Positions 1 to 9,238 of a DNA stretch of 50,119 nucleotides are shown here, one piece after another. Source of the stretch: a bacterium (lineage in GTDB: Bacteria > Hydrothermota > 32-111). A program made the position numbers and the translations under genes. Within the stretch, counting starts at the first letter, position 1, and every line of letters starts with the position of its first letter. Location: positions 1 to 50,119 of the forward strand of contig JBFXGO010000005.1 in assembly GCA_050239825.1 (NCBI GenBank), given 5' to 3'. Under the pieces are notes generated by a model that was not told where the DNA came from, made no database searches, and was given only the letters and a program-made list of their open reading frames with translations.

Positions 1-14
1 CAAAGGAGGACTGA

Positions 15-254
15 ATGAATACAAAAATAAATGCATGGGGAAATAGTCTTGCAGTAAGAATACCGAAGAATATTCTTGACGAACTGAAACTGAAGGAGAA
101 TGACTCTGTGACTGTTGAAAGAGAGAATAACTGCATCAGAATAAGACCGGCAAAGAAAAGACTGAAACTCTCTGATTTGGTTGATAAGATAAAGCCATCA
201 AACCTACATGCCGAAATTGAAACAGAAGAGGGATTCGGAAATGAAGCGTGGTGA
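15..254 (+). CDS. mazE: AbrB/MazE-family antitoxin
   Basis: 79 aa with swapped-hairpin motif AWGNSLAVRIPK; AGGAGG RBS at 4-9; overlaps the downstream MazF gene; C-terminal GNEAW resembles MazE. Confidence 0.92.
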   Translation: MNTKINAWGNSLAVRIPKNILDELKLKENDSVTVERENNCIRIRPAKKRLKLSDLVDKIKPSNLHAEIETEEGFGNEAW

Positions 255-585
255 TTATGTGCCTGACAGGGGGGATGTTGTGTGGCTTGATTTTACTCCG
301 CAGACAGGACATGAACAGAGAGGGAGAAGACCTGCTCTGGTTGTGAGCTCTGCTATTTATAATAGAAAGACAAATCTCGCCTTGTTTTGTCCGATAACAT
401 CAAAAGTGAAAGGTTATCCGTTTGAAGTCAAAATCAGAAATGAAGACATAAATGGGGTCATACTTGCCGACCAGATAAAATCATTGGATTGGAAAGCAAG
501 AAAATCTACTCTCATATACAAAGCGGAAAAAGAAATTATTAACAGAGTCATGTCCCTGATAGAATCACTTCTGCTTGACGAATAA
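241..585 (+). CDS. mazF: MazF/PemK-family endoribonuclease toxin
   Basis: Motifs YVPDRGDVVWLDFTPQTGHEQRGRRPALVVS, CPITSKVKGYPFEV and LADQIKSLDWKAR. Start moved to ATG 241, which overlaps the mazE stop. Confidence 0.95.
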   Translation: MKRGDYVPDRGDVVWLDFTPQTGHEQRGRRPALVVSSAIYNRKTNLALFCPITSKVKGYPFEVKIRNEDINGVILADQIKSLDWKARKSTLIYKAEKEIINRVMSLIESLLLDE

Positions 586-605
586 GTTTCAATCATCCGC
601 ATCTA

Positions 606-633
606 TTGACTCTTTTTTTTATTTTAGTATTAT
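606..633 (+). promoter_or_regulatory. putative sigma70 promoter for the dehydrogenase operon
   Basis: TTGACT (606-611), 16 nt, TATTAT (628-633); GGAGG RBS before ATG 662. Confidence 0.5.
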
Positions 634-661
634 TTACATATAAACAATTAACGGAGGTTCT

Positions 662-1777
662 ATGGCAAAATATAAAATAGCATGGATGCCGGGAGACGGC
701 ATTGGAATTGATGTGATGGATGCAACAAAGATAGTGCTTGATGCGCTGAAATTTGATGCAGAGTACATTCCCGCAGACATTGGCTGGGAGATATGGAGAA
801 AAGAGGGTGATGCCCTTCCGAAGAGGACAATTGATATATTGAACAATGTAGATGCGGCTCTTTTCGGCGCAATAACATCAAAGCCGAAAGAAGAGGCAGA
901 GGCAGAGCTTGCGCCGGAGCTTCAGGGAAAGAACCTGAAATACCTCTCTCCGATAGTGAGGATGAGGCAGATGTTCAATCTCTACTCCAACCTGAGACCC
1001 TGCAAAGCATACAAAGGAAACCCTCTCAATTTCAAAGATGACATTGACATAGTCGTATTCAGGGAGAATACGGAGGACCTCTACTCGGGTGTCGAGTATT
1101 TCCCTGTCCCTGAAGATGTAAGAACAGTCTTGAACAAACATCCGAAGATGAAGGAATTTGCAAATGATCCGAATGACGAGATGGCAATATCTTTAAGAAT
1201 AATGACGAAAGACGGATGCACTAACATCGTGCGCTCTGCATTTGAATATGCAAAAAAATACGGAAGAAAGAAGGTGACTCTCATTGAGAAGCCGAATGTG
1301 ATAAGAGAGACATCAGGGCTCATGACAAGAATAGCGCGTGCTATAAGCAAGGATTATCCTGAGATAAAATTTGACGAAGTGAATGTCGATGCCGCATGCA
1401 TGTGGCTTGTAAAGAATCCCGAGTCATTCGATGTAATAGTGACATCCAATATGTTCGGCGACATTGTCTCAGACCTTGCGGCTCAGCTTGTGGGCGGACT
1501 CGGGTTCGCATCAAGCGGCAACATAGGCGACAAGGTGGCTGTCTTTGAACCCACACACGGCTCTGCTCCGAAATACGCAGGTCAGTACAAGGTGAATCCA
1601 ATCGCCTGCATTCTTGCGGCAAAACTTATGCTCGACTATCTCAAGGAAGAGAAGGCAGGCTCCAGACTGGAAGCCGCTGTGGCAAAGGTAATAGCAGAGG
1701 GGAAGGTAAGAACCTACGACATGGGAGGTAAAAATACATCTCTTGAAGTCGGCAAGGAGATTGCTTCTAAGCTTTAA
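662..1777 (+). CDS. isocitrate/isopropylmalate/homoisocitrate dehydrogenase family protein
   Basis: PGDGIG, NLRP, RENTED, NMFGDIVSDLAA and FEPTHGSAP motifs of beta-decarboxylating dehydrogenases. Substrate not assignable. Confidence 0.93.
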   Translation: MAKYKIAWMPGDGIGIDVMDATKIVLDALKFDAEYIPADIGWEIWRKEGDALPKRTIDILNNVDAALFGAITSKPKEEAEAELAPELQGKNLKYLSPIVRMRQMFNLYSNLRPCKAYKGNPLNFKDDIDIVVFRENTEDLYSGVEYFPVPEDVRTVLNKHPKMKEFANDPNDEMAISLRIMTKDGCTNIVRSAFEYAKKYGRKKVTLIEKPNVIRETSGLMTRIARAISKDYPEIKFDEVNVDAACMWLVKNPESFDVIVTSNMFGDIVSDLAAQLVGGLGFASSGNIGDKVAVFEPTHGSAPKYAGQYKVNPIACILAAKLMLDYLKEEKAGSRLEAAVAKVIAEGKVRTYDMGGKNTSLEVGKEIASKL

Positions 1778-2783
1778 TCTGTTTTTTCTCTTTTTAAGCG
1801 TATATTCAGAACCCGTCATTCTTTCGCCTGACGCGAATGTGGCGGGTTCTTTTGATTTTCTGAACCCCTCCCGCCAGTCATACTGCTATGACTTTGTGAG
1901 ATTCGGTGCATTCAACAATTTCATGACTGCCGACATGACCACAGTATTGACCCAAGCCAACATTCATATAAAGGACTTTTCAACAGGCGGGATAATACTC
2001 TATAGGCCAAATCCGCTTATGAGCACCCTGTCAACAGGAGCGACAGCCGGATATTCCTTTCAGGCGGTCTCTTTTGGATGTATGCTGATGCTTGTCTCTG
2101 ACAGATACAGCGACGGAGTAACGGAGATTGCTATGAAAACAATTCTCTCGGCGTCGATTGAATCAGGCGGATTTTTTGCATCAACATCATACGGATTTGA
2201 AGAGAGAAATTTCATTTACTCTTTTTCTGCGGGAATTCAGAGAGAGGATGTCAAAATCTTTTTGCAAGCTCATAAAGAGAACTCATTTGAACTGACTGGC
2301 GGAATCTCTTTCAGATTTAATGAGAAGTTCTCAATGGACTTTGCCGGAGATACTGAAAAAAGGATATTCTACGCTCTTGAAGCGGTTCAGCTCCCATATA
2401 GAATCGAATATATGGGCATGGCGCACCAAAACCTTCCGCTCTCAAACGGGGTCTTTTTCTCTCTCTTGAGAGGAAATCCTCATTTCAGACTTGAAGAAGT
2501 TAAAACTGTGAAAAATAAATTTCAGCTGGAAGGCAAGATAAGCATAAAGGAGGAGATTTCCATTCCCTTAAATCTCAACAGATGCTCTTACGATGAAATT
2601 CTAAAGCTAAAAAATATCAGCCGCCCCGTGCTGAGGAGAATATATGTTGAGAGACTTATAAACGGCGAGTATGAGGATTATGCAAGAATAGATTCCCTGC
2701 CCGGAGTGGGAACGACAACTCTGGAAAGAATAAAAGAGCAAACATACATAGGAGATGAAGATGGAGAAGAAAAAAAAGAGTGA
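1743..2783 (+). CDS. exported hypothetical protein with beta-strand-rich N-region and C-terminal helix-hairpin-helix (ComEA-like) domain
   Basis: Hydrophobic N-terminus; alternating aromatic/Gly strands; C-terminal LNLNRCSYDEILKL...LPGVGTTTLERIK HhH signature. Start uncertain. Confidence 0.6.
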   Translation: MKSARRLLLSFNLFFLFLSVYSEPVILSPDANVAGSFDFLNPSRQSYCYDFVRFGAFNNFMTADMTTVLTQANIHIKDFSTGGIILYRPNPLMSTLSTGATAGYSFQAVSFGCMLMLVSDRYSDGVTEIAMKTILSASIESGGFFASTSYGFEERNFIYSFSAGIQREDVKIFLQAHKENSFELTGGISFRFNEKFSMDFAGDTEKRIFYALEAVQLPYRIEYMGMAHQNLPLSNGVFFSLLRGNPHFRLEEVKTVKNKFQLEGKISIKEEISIPLNLNRCSYDEILKLKNISRPVLRRIYVERLINGEYEDYARIDSLPGVGTTTLERIKEQTYIGDEDGEEKKE

Positions 2784-3297
2784 AATAGTGTATGACGGAA
2801 GGATTTTCAAAGTCAAAAGGGATGAGGTGATTCTTGAAAACAAGAGGGAGAGCATAAGGGAGGTTGTAGTTCATGGCGGTTCTGTCGCCATGCTTCCCTA
2901 TGATGATAAAAAGAAAATTTTTTATCTTGTGAAGCAGTACAGATATGCAGTTGGCAAATATGTTCTTGAGATTCCTGCAGGAACCCTTGAAAAGAATGAG
3001 AAGATAGAGAGCGCAGTAAACAGAGAGCTTTCCGAAGAGGTGGGTTTTGTCTCCAAAAACATAGTCAAACTTGCCTCGCTGATGCCCTCCCCCGGATTTC
3101 TCACGGAGGTACTCCATCTTTATCTTTGCAGGGATTTGATAAAAGAGAAGAGAGAAAAAGATTTCGACGAAGAGATAGAAGTCATGAAATTGACTGAGGC
3201 GGAGCTTGACAGTCATATAAAAACAGATGAGGCGCTTGACGGAAAAACAGTCGCCGCGTTTCTTCTCTGGCGCGAGTTTGCAAAGAAAAATGGTTAG
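2761..3297 (+). CDS. Nudix hydrolase (ADP-ribose pyrophosphatase-like)
   Basis: Nudix box GTLEKNEKIESAVNRELSEEVG; QYRY and SPG motifs of the NudF type; GGAG RBS at 2751. Confidence 0.92.
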   Translation: MEKKKKSEIVYDGRIFKVKRDEVILENKRESIREVVVHGGSVAMLPYDDKKKIFYLVKQYRYAVGKYVLEIPAGTLEKNEKIESAVNRELSEEVGFVSKNIVKLASLMPSPGFLTEVLHLYLCRDLIKEKREKDFDEEIEVMKLTEAELDSHIKTDEALDGKTVAAFLLWREFAKKNG

Positions 3298-4855
3298 AAT
3301 AAGCATCTTGATTTTGTCTGTCCTGCTGTCTTTGTTTCTTTTTGCCCAAGATGAGTATGAGGCGGAATGGTCTTTTCTCTCTGATTCCATATCGGATTAT
3401 CTTAGCGACCATTCTTTGTTTTTAACAGAGGAGATGCGCAATGAAATCATGCTGTTAATAAAAGCAAAAAAGAGTATTACATACGGGAATATATTTGAGA
3501 TAACTTCAAATGAACTTGTTTCAAAGACAATCTATGACAGAATATCAGAGAGAGAGAGGGGCGCACTCTTAACTGCCGGAATCTACACTGATTCACTTAT
3601 CTCTTCAAATCACAAGACATTCATAAAGCAAACATTCAAAAGCAGTGAGATAAAAGAGTTTGTAATTATAGAAAAGGATATCGGAGAGAGCAGTTACTTT
3701 GACAACATGAAGGGAGGTATAAAATACAATACTCTTCTCGTAGGAAACTACAGGCTTAAAACCGGAAGAGGGCTGTTCTCCGACTATTCAAGCTACTTCT
3801 CGTCTTCGGATGCGCCCTTCTATTCAGACAGAGCGGAGCTTGATGCCACATACGACGAATATCCGGCATATTTCGGAGGCGCATTCACAAAGGGATTTTA
3901 CAGCTCGCTTCTGACAGTCTTCATGTCGGGAGTTAAGCATGATGCAAGGATTGATTCTTCAGGCAGTGTTATTGAAATAATGAAATACAATGTGCATGAC
4001 GACTCTCTATCGATAAGCAGGAAAGACAATTTATCCGCCTACTGCGGGGGATTTATTGCGAGGGAAGATAAGCAGAGGGTAAACATTGCTTTTTCTTACA
4101 CCCGTTTTTCGCGGATTCTTCTGGAGGCGGAAAGCAGAGATATTTTTATATTCTCAGTCTTCGGCAAAAAGGATATTTTTTCATACGATGCCGCTTACTC
4201 TCTTTTCAACGGCTTCGCAATGTCGGCAGGTTTAAAGAAAGAGGCAAAGGATGTTCTCTTCCACTCGGGCTTCACAATGAACTCGGAATTTTTTAATCCG
4301 CATGCAAAATCATACTCGGAGAAAAATTCCTGTGTCACTGCCTTTGCGGAAGCTTCTATAAGAAGTCCGGTAAAAATAAACGAAAAGCTGAGCTGGTTTA
4401 GTGACAATGAGAGTGAAATAGAGAATGAGATAACCGTCCATCCGTTGAAAAATATTGAACTTCATTTCAATTCAAAACTAAGCGATAATCTTATTCATGA
4501 GGCAGTAATAGTATTCAAGGGCGCGGCAAAAGATTTCCTCACTGCAAAGAACTCCTACTCATTCAAAACAACAGGCACATTCACCGCAAAAGCGGATGCA
4601 TCTTTCATGACAAAATTTGCGGCGATATCTCTCTTCGGTTCCTACTGCAATGTCGCTGAAGGAGACATTGAGGCAGTATATGGGTATGCGATAGAGTCAG
4701 TCTATCCGCTTCGCACATTCCGCGAGGGGGAGGGTTTCCTCTTCGGAGCTCTTCTTAAAGCCGCAGGAAACGAAAGAGCAGAACTTAATGCAGTTGTAAC
4801 ATTTGATTCTTCGGAAAAAATAAGGGGCGGCATAAGCGTCGAGATTAGGTTCTGA
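3290..4855 (+). CDS. putative outer-membrane beta-barrel protein related to Bacteroidota ComEA/HhH-barrel proteins
   Basis: Signal peptide MVRISILILSVLLSLFLFA; EKDIGE..YFD..GNYRLKTGRGL motif; amphipathic strands; C-terminal VEIRF (terminal Phe typical of BAM substrates). Confidence 0.55.
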   Translation: MVRISILILSVLLSLFLFAQDEYEAEWSFLSDSISDYLSDHSLFLTEEMRNEIMLLIKAKKSITYGNIFEITSNELVSKTIYDRISERERGALLTAGIYTDSLISSNHKTFIKQTFKSSEIKEFVIIEKDIGESSYFDNMKGGIKYNTLLVGNYRLKTGRGLFSDYSSYFSSSDAPFYSDRAELDATYDEYPAYFGGAFTKGFYSSLLTVFMSGVKHDARIDSSGSVIEIMKYNVHDDSLSISRKDNLSAYCGGFIAREDKQRVNIAFSYTRFSRILLEAESRDIFIFSVFGKKDIFSYDAAYSLFNGFAMSAGLKKEAKDVLFHSGFTMNSEFFNPHAKSYSEKNSCVTAFAEASIRSPVKINEKLSWFSDNESEIENEITVHPLKNIELHFNSKLSDNLIHEAVIVFKGAAKDFLTAKNSYSFKTTGTFTAKADASFMTKFAAISLFGSYCNVAEGDIEAVYGYAIESVYPLRTFREGEGFLFGALLKAAGNERAELNAVVTFDSSEKIRGGISVEIRF

Positions 4856-4866
4856 TTGCCCCTCTA

Positions 4867-4895
4867 TTGACTTTTTTTTCTTGGAAGAGTAAACT
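4867..4895 (+). promoter_or_regulatory. putative sigma70 promoter
   Basis: TTGACT (4867-4872), 17 nt, TAAACT (4890-4895); AAGGAGG RBS before ATG 4916. Confidence 0.55.
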
Positions 4896-4915
4896 GAAAT
4901 CAAAAAAGGAGGCTT

Positions 4916-5524
4916 ATGAAAAGGTTCTCAAAATTAATGATACTTGTTTTTCTGGCAGTTCTTATTGCCGTCACGGGCTGTCCGAAATCGCCGGCTGTTC
5001 AGACTTCTTCCGAGATGCCTTCATTCGCAATGTCCGGAGCAAAATTTGTTTACCATGTTGAATACTTCGGAGACGAGTATGATTTCATAGTTGATTTGAA
5101 GAATCTTTCAAAGGACATTGAATTTGACTGGTCTATGACATCTCCGATGAATTCGTCGGGGAATGTTATCATTAGAGAGAAGGCGCTTAAAAATGCGACG
5201 AGTCTCTTCAATTATTACTCAAACGGAGACACTCTTGATATGGAGGATTACACTTCCATTTGGGTTTCAAAGGCAGTATACAATGCTTTGAAAAATGACG
5301 ATATAGTCACAATAGATGCGGGCGACGGTGATGAAACCCTGACATTTGAAGAGATACAAAAATTTACGGTTGTGATAAACGGAGAGGATAAAGAGCTTGA
5401 CTGCATCTATGCATCATCAGACCTCTTTGGATGGTTCTGGATTCTTGACAGCCAGAAATTTCCCCTTATACTCAAGATGGATATAGGCTGGACAATAACA
5501 TTAACGGAGATCATTACAGAGTAG
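4916..5524 (+). CDS. hypothetical lipoprotein
   Basis: Basic N-terminus, hydrophobic core and lipobox VTGC; strong RBS. Confidence 0.7.
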   Translation: MKRFSKLMILVFLAVLIAVTGCPKSPAVQTSSEMPSFAMSGAKFVYHVEYFGDEYDFIVDLKNLSKDIEFDWSMTSPMNSSGNVIIREKALKNATSLFNYYSNGDTLDMEDYTSIWVSKAVYNALKNDDIVTIDAGDGDETLTFEEIQKFTVVINGEDKELDCIYASSDLFGWFWILDSQKFPLILKMDIGWTITLTEIITE

Positions 5525-5549
5525 ACTGGTCTCGGATTTTTTTACATAG

Positions 5550-7307
5550 ATGGCAAAAAGAAAAGCGGACTTAAGACTTGTTCTGCGCATAATTCCATAT
5601 TTTGCAGATGAGAAGAGACTGTTCCTGACAGGATTTTTCTCCATGATACTTGTCTCTCTGGCTAATATCGTCGACCCGCTGATTATAGGGCATATAATTG
5701 ACACAATTGTTCCTGCAAAGGACATAAAACAGCTCTTTCTGTATGCGGGACTTTTTATCCTTGTAGTGGTTTTTTCCGGGATACTGGCTTATATTCAGAC
5801 AATTGCAATGGCTAAGCTCGGAGTGTCAATTATCACACGCCTGAAAAAAGACCTCTATGAGCATATGTTGAAGCTTCCGATATCTTACTTTGACAAGAAT
5901 CCTGTGGGGGCGCTGATGTCGAGAGTCGAAAGCGACAGTGAGAATGTGATGCAGTTGTTTTCATCATTTTCAATCATGGTGATAGGAAATTTCATATTCT
6001 TCCTTGCAATGATAATCGTGCTTCTCTTCAAGAACGCGCAAGTGACTCTCACGATACTTATTCCAATTCCATTTCTCTTTGCGGCGGCACTCATAATGAT
6101 TAACTACCTGAAGAAGTTCTTCAAGAGGGTGCGCGAGCTGAATGCCGAGATAATAGCAGTTCTCACAGAATACATACAGGGCATATTCATTGTTCAGCTT
6201 TTCAACAGGGAATTGATGGCTCAGAATATTCTTGACATTAAATCGAAAAATAAATTCAAGGTTGAGAAGAATGCCGCTATGGTTGAATACTCATTCTGGT
6301 CTCTCTACGGCTTCACTATTGAGATTCTTTTCATAGTTCTTGTCATCCTTCTTCTCTCGCCAAAGGTTATTGCCGGCGCAATCACAGTCGGAACTCTTGT
6401 TATCTTTGTACAGTATGGCAGAAGGATATTTGAGCCCTTGATACAGATTTCGGAAAATCTAAACATGATACAGCGCTCACTTGTCTCTCTCTCAAGAATT
6501 TTTTCAATACTTGACATCAAAGACGAAAAAACATTCTTTCTTGATTCAAAAAAACCCAATTTTGAAAAATCAATCTTGTTTGAAAATGTCTCTTTTGAAT
6601 ATAAAAAGAATGAATTGGTTTTGAGCAATATAAACATTGAGATAAAAAAGAATCAGAAGGTGGCTCTTGTGGGGGCATCAGGAAGCGGAAAGACTACGAC
6701 AGTACTGCTTCTCTGCGGTTTCTATCATCCGACTAAGGGAAGAGTTCTTATTGACGGAGAAGACCTGAGAAATACAAACATATTTGAATGGAGAAAAAAG
6801 ATAGGACTTGTCATGCAGGATATATTCATGTTTCCCGGCAACATACTTGAGAATATAAGAATATACAATGATGAGATAAGCGAGGAGCAGGCGCTCTATG
6901 CTTTGAGAAAAGTTCAGGTAGATGAAGCAATCATGCAGGGCGAAGGATTGCTTAGGGAGCTATCGGAAAGGGGGCAGAATATTTCCACAGGAGAGAGACA
7001 GCTTCTTTCATTCGCGCGCGCCCTTGTTTTCAATCCCGAGCTGATAGTTCTTGATGAGGCGACATCATCGGTTGACCCGCGAACCGAACGCAGAATAAGG
7101 GACGCAATGGATGACATGCTGAAAAACAGAACATCTCTTATAGTGGCTCACAGACTTTCGACAGTTCTCAATGCAGACAAAATATATCTCTTTCAGGACG
7201 GTGGAATCATTGCGGAGGGAGACCATAAAGAGTTGATGGAAAAGTCGGAAGAGTACAGAAAACTTGTTAAACTGCAGTTTTTGACGAAAAATGAAGATGA
7301 AAATTGA
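5550..7307 (+). CDS. ABC exporter half-transporter (TMD+NBD), consensus Walker-B subunit of a heterodimer
   Basis: TM domain; Walker A GASGSGKTT; degenerate signature ISTGERQ; Walker B LIVLDE; H-switch AHRLST. Confidence 0.93.
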   Translation: MAKRKADLRLVLRIIPYFADEKRLFLTGFFSMILVSLANIVDPLIIGHIIDTIVPAKDIKQLFLYAGLFILVVVFSGILAYIQTIAMAKLGVSIITRLKKDLYEHMLKLPISYFDKNPVGALMSRVESDSENVMQLFSSFSIMVIGNFIFFLAMIIVLLFKNAQVTLTILIPIPFLFAAALIMINYLKKFFKRVRELNAEIIAVLTEYIQGIFIVQLFNRELMAQNILDIKSKNKFKVEKNAAMVEYSFWSLYGFTIEILFIVLVILLLSPKVIAGAITVGTLVIFVQYGRRIFEPLIQISENLNMIQRSLVSLSRIFSILDIKDEKTFFLDSKKPNFEKSILFENVSFEYKKNELVLSNINIEIKKNQKVALVGASGSGKTTTVLLLCGFYHPTKGRVLIDGEDLRNTNIFEWRKKIGLVMQDIFMFPGNILENIRIYNDEISEEQALYALRKVQVDEAIMQGEGLLRELSERGQNISTGERQLLSFARALVFNPELIVLDEATSSVDPRTERRIRDAMDDMLKNRTSLIVAHRLSTVLNADKIYLFQDGGIIAEGDHKELMEKSEEYRKLVKLQFLTKNEDEN

Positions 7308-9057
7308 TACGCATATAGTGTGGATCTGGAAAAACCTCTGGTCCCATTACAAAAGGTTCATCGTTCTTCTTGTATTCATTACGATGCTCTCCACGGCAGT
7401 CAGTGTTTCATATCCCTTCATTTTTAAGCTTCTGATAGATAAGTTCGCGGACATAGCGGAGAACAAAGCTCTACATCCTGAGCCGATGAAGGAGATATAC
7501 AAAATATTGTGGATATTCATCTCAATAGGAATAGTGAGAATATTTGCAGGACTATACCCCGGATTCAGAGCCTATATGAATCTTGTATTTGAATATATTT
7601 TAAGAAAGAAGTATTTCAACGAGATACTGAAAAAGGACTACAAATTCTTTTTGAAATTCCGCACAGGAGACCTTGTGACTAGACTAACGGAGGATTTGAG
7701 CGATTTTCCAAAGATATGCTGGTTTTCCTGTTCCGGTATTTTCAGGGCATTTGATTCTTTAAGCAAGATTCTCTTTTCGCTTGCTATGATGGCTACTCTG
7801 AGTTGGCGGCTGACTCTGATTTCAATATTGCCTCTGCCTATAATGGTGGTGATATTTCTTATAACTTCCGAGAAACTGTACAAGAAATTCAAGCTGAATC
7901 AGGAGGCGATAAGCGAAATAAACAATCAGCTTGAGATGACATTCTCAGGCGTGAAAATAATAAAATCATTTGTGTGCGAGGATAAGTATAAAAGATTTTT
8001 CAAAATAGCTCTTGACAGAAAATTCGATACGCAGATGGAGGTCGTCAAACTTGACACGCAGCTTCATATGGTCTACCAATACATTGACCAATTTGCTCAG
8101 ATTGTGGTGATAATATTCGGAGGCTATATGGTGGTGGTGGGAGAGATCTCTATCGGCACATTCTTTGCATTCTATACTTATCTTGCGATGCTTGTTTATC
8201 CCATGCTTGACCTTCCCCAGCTATTTGTATCGGGAAAACAGGCTTTTGTCAACATTGACAGGCTTGAAGAGCTGAAGGATTTTCCTGTTTCAGCCAAAAG
8301 AACAGGAAAAAAAGTCATTGAGAAGGTTGATGCTCTTAAATTCAATAATGTTTCATTCGGTTATGAGGGGAGAGAGACCGGAATTTTAAGAAACATAAAT
8401 TTTGAGGTGAAGAGGGGTGAGAGAGTTGTAATAATCGGGCCTGTGGGTGCGGGAAAATCAACAATTCTTTCTCTGCTTACCGGAATTCTAAAACCAACGA
8501 GCGGAGATATCTTCATCAACAGCACTCCTCTTGAAGAGGTTGAGATGAACTCATTTAGGGACAAGATAGGGTATGTTCCTCAGGAGCCGCTTCTCTTCTC
8601 CGGCACAATAAGGGAGAATATTGAGTTCGGACTAAAAAACATTTCGGAAGAGACATACAGAGAGGCGATTTCCGTTTCCCAGATAGAAAAGGAGATTGAG
8701 GGATTCACGGATAAGGACAGAACAATGATAGGACAGAGGGGCGTAAACCTTTCAGGAGGACAAAAGCAGAGGATAGCCATAGCAAGAGCGCTCATAAGAA
8801 AGCCGGAGGTGCTAATATTAGATGATATAACAGCGTCGCTCGATGCGGAAAATGAGGAAAAACTGTGGCATGATATAGGAAGAATATTCAAAGATATAAC
8901 CTGCTTTATTGTTTCCCACCGTCTTTCGACAATCAGGTATGTCGACAATGTGGTATTCATGGAGGCCGGCACTGTTGTGGGAAAGGACAGGCATGACAGA
9001 ATGATTGATAAATTCGAATCGTATAGGGACTACATTCAGGAGAGGTCAAAAAAATAA
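7291..9057 (+). CDS. ABC exporter half-transporter (TMD+NBD), degenerate Walker-B subunit of a heterodimer
   Basis: Walker A GPVGAGKST; LSGGQKQ; Walker B ILDD (catalytic Glu replaced by Asp); overlaps the upstream partner. Confidence 0.93.
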   Translation: MKMKIDTHIVWIWKNLWSHYKRFIVLLVFITMLSTAVSVSYPFIFKLLIDKFADIAENKALHPEPMKEIYKILWIFISIGIVRIFAGLYPGFRAYMNLVFEYILRKKYFNEILKKDYKFFLKFRTGDLVTRLTEDLSDFPKICWFSCSGIFRAFDSLSKILFSLAMMATLSWRLTLISILPLPIMVVIFLITSEKLYKKFKLNQEAISEINNQLEMTFSGVKIIKSFVCEDKYKRFFKIALDRKFDTQMEVVKLDTQLHMVYQYIDQFAQIVVIIFGGYMVVVGEISIGTFFAFYTYLAMLVYPMLDLPQLFVSGKQAFVNIDRLEELKDFPVSAKRTGKKVIEKVDALKFNNVSFGYEGRETGILRNINFEVKRGERVVIIGPVGAGKSTILSLLTGILKPTSGDIFINSTPLEEVEMNSFRDKIGYVPQEPLLFSGTIRENIEFGLKNISEETYREAISVSQIEKEIEGFTDKDRTMIGQRGVNLSGGQKQRIAIARALIRKPEVLILDDITASLDAENEEKLWHDIGRIFKDITCFIVSHRLSTIRYVDNVVFMEAGTVVGKDRHDRMIDKFESYRDYIQERSKK

Positions 9058-9059
9058 TA

Positions 9060-9085
9060 GCGGCAATTTCTATACAAATTGCCGC
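9060..9085. terminator. perfect 10-bp hairpin; terminator-like on the minus strand, or REP-like palindrome
   Basis: GCGGCAATTT-ctatac-AAATTGCCGC. The A-run at 9048-9054 gives a U-tract only for a minus-strand transcript. Confidence 0.45.
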
Positions 9086-9176
9086 GATGAAGGAGTGTGT
9101 TAGGGAGGGTTTTTGTTAGTATCAATTGTATAGACGCTTCAAACTTGAAAATCCCCCGCGGAAAAAATCTTTTTAT

Positions 9177-9205
9177 TTGACATGAAGTGTAAAGTGGGTT
9201 ATATT
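9177..9205 (+). promoter_or_regulatory. putative sigma70 promoter for the CLC-gpgS operon
   Basis: TTGACA (9177-9182), 17 nt, TATATT (9200-9205). Confidence 0.6.
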
Positions 9206-9238
9206 TTAAACTGCAAACAAAAATCAAAAGGAATGTAA

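Noticed and set aside
2656..3390. Long antisense or alternative-frame ORFs (e.g. 2656-3390, 31665-32168, duplicated minus ORFs in 21098-24116)
   Set aside because: Shadows of well-supported + strand genes with no motifs or RBS; the duplicates simply reflect the tandem repeat.
3547..3557. Short (AG)n/(CT)n runs inside CDSs (also ~25173 and ~29911)
   Set aside because: Only about 5 units, in frame and inside intact genes; no sign of switching.
4872..4879. T8/A8 tracts in promoter spacers (also 613-620 and 38413-38420) as phase-variable promoters
   Set aside because: Runs of 8 are expected in AT-rich intergenic DNA; no supporting evidence without reads.
9080..9175. Fluoride riboswitch upstream of the CLC gene
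   Set aside because: GCGATGA resembles the start of the motif, but the pairing and downstream GCUGAUGAC consensus are absent, the region lies upstream of the predicted promoter, and the CLC lacks CLC-F motifs.
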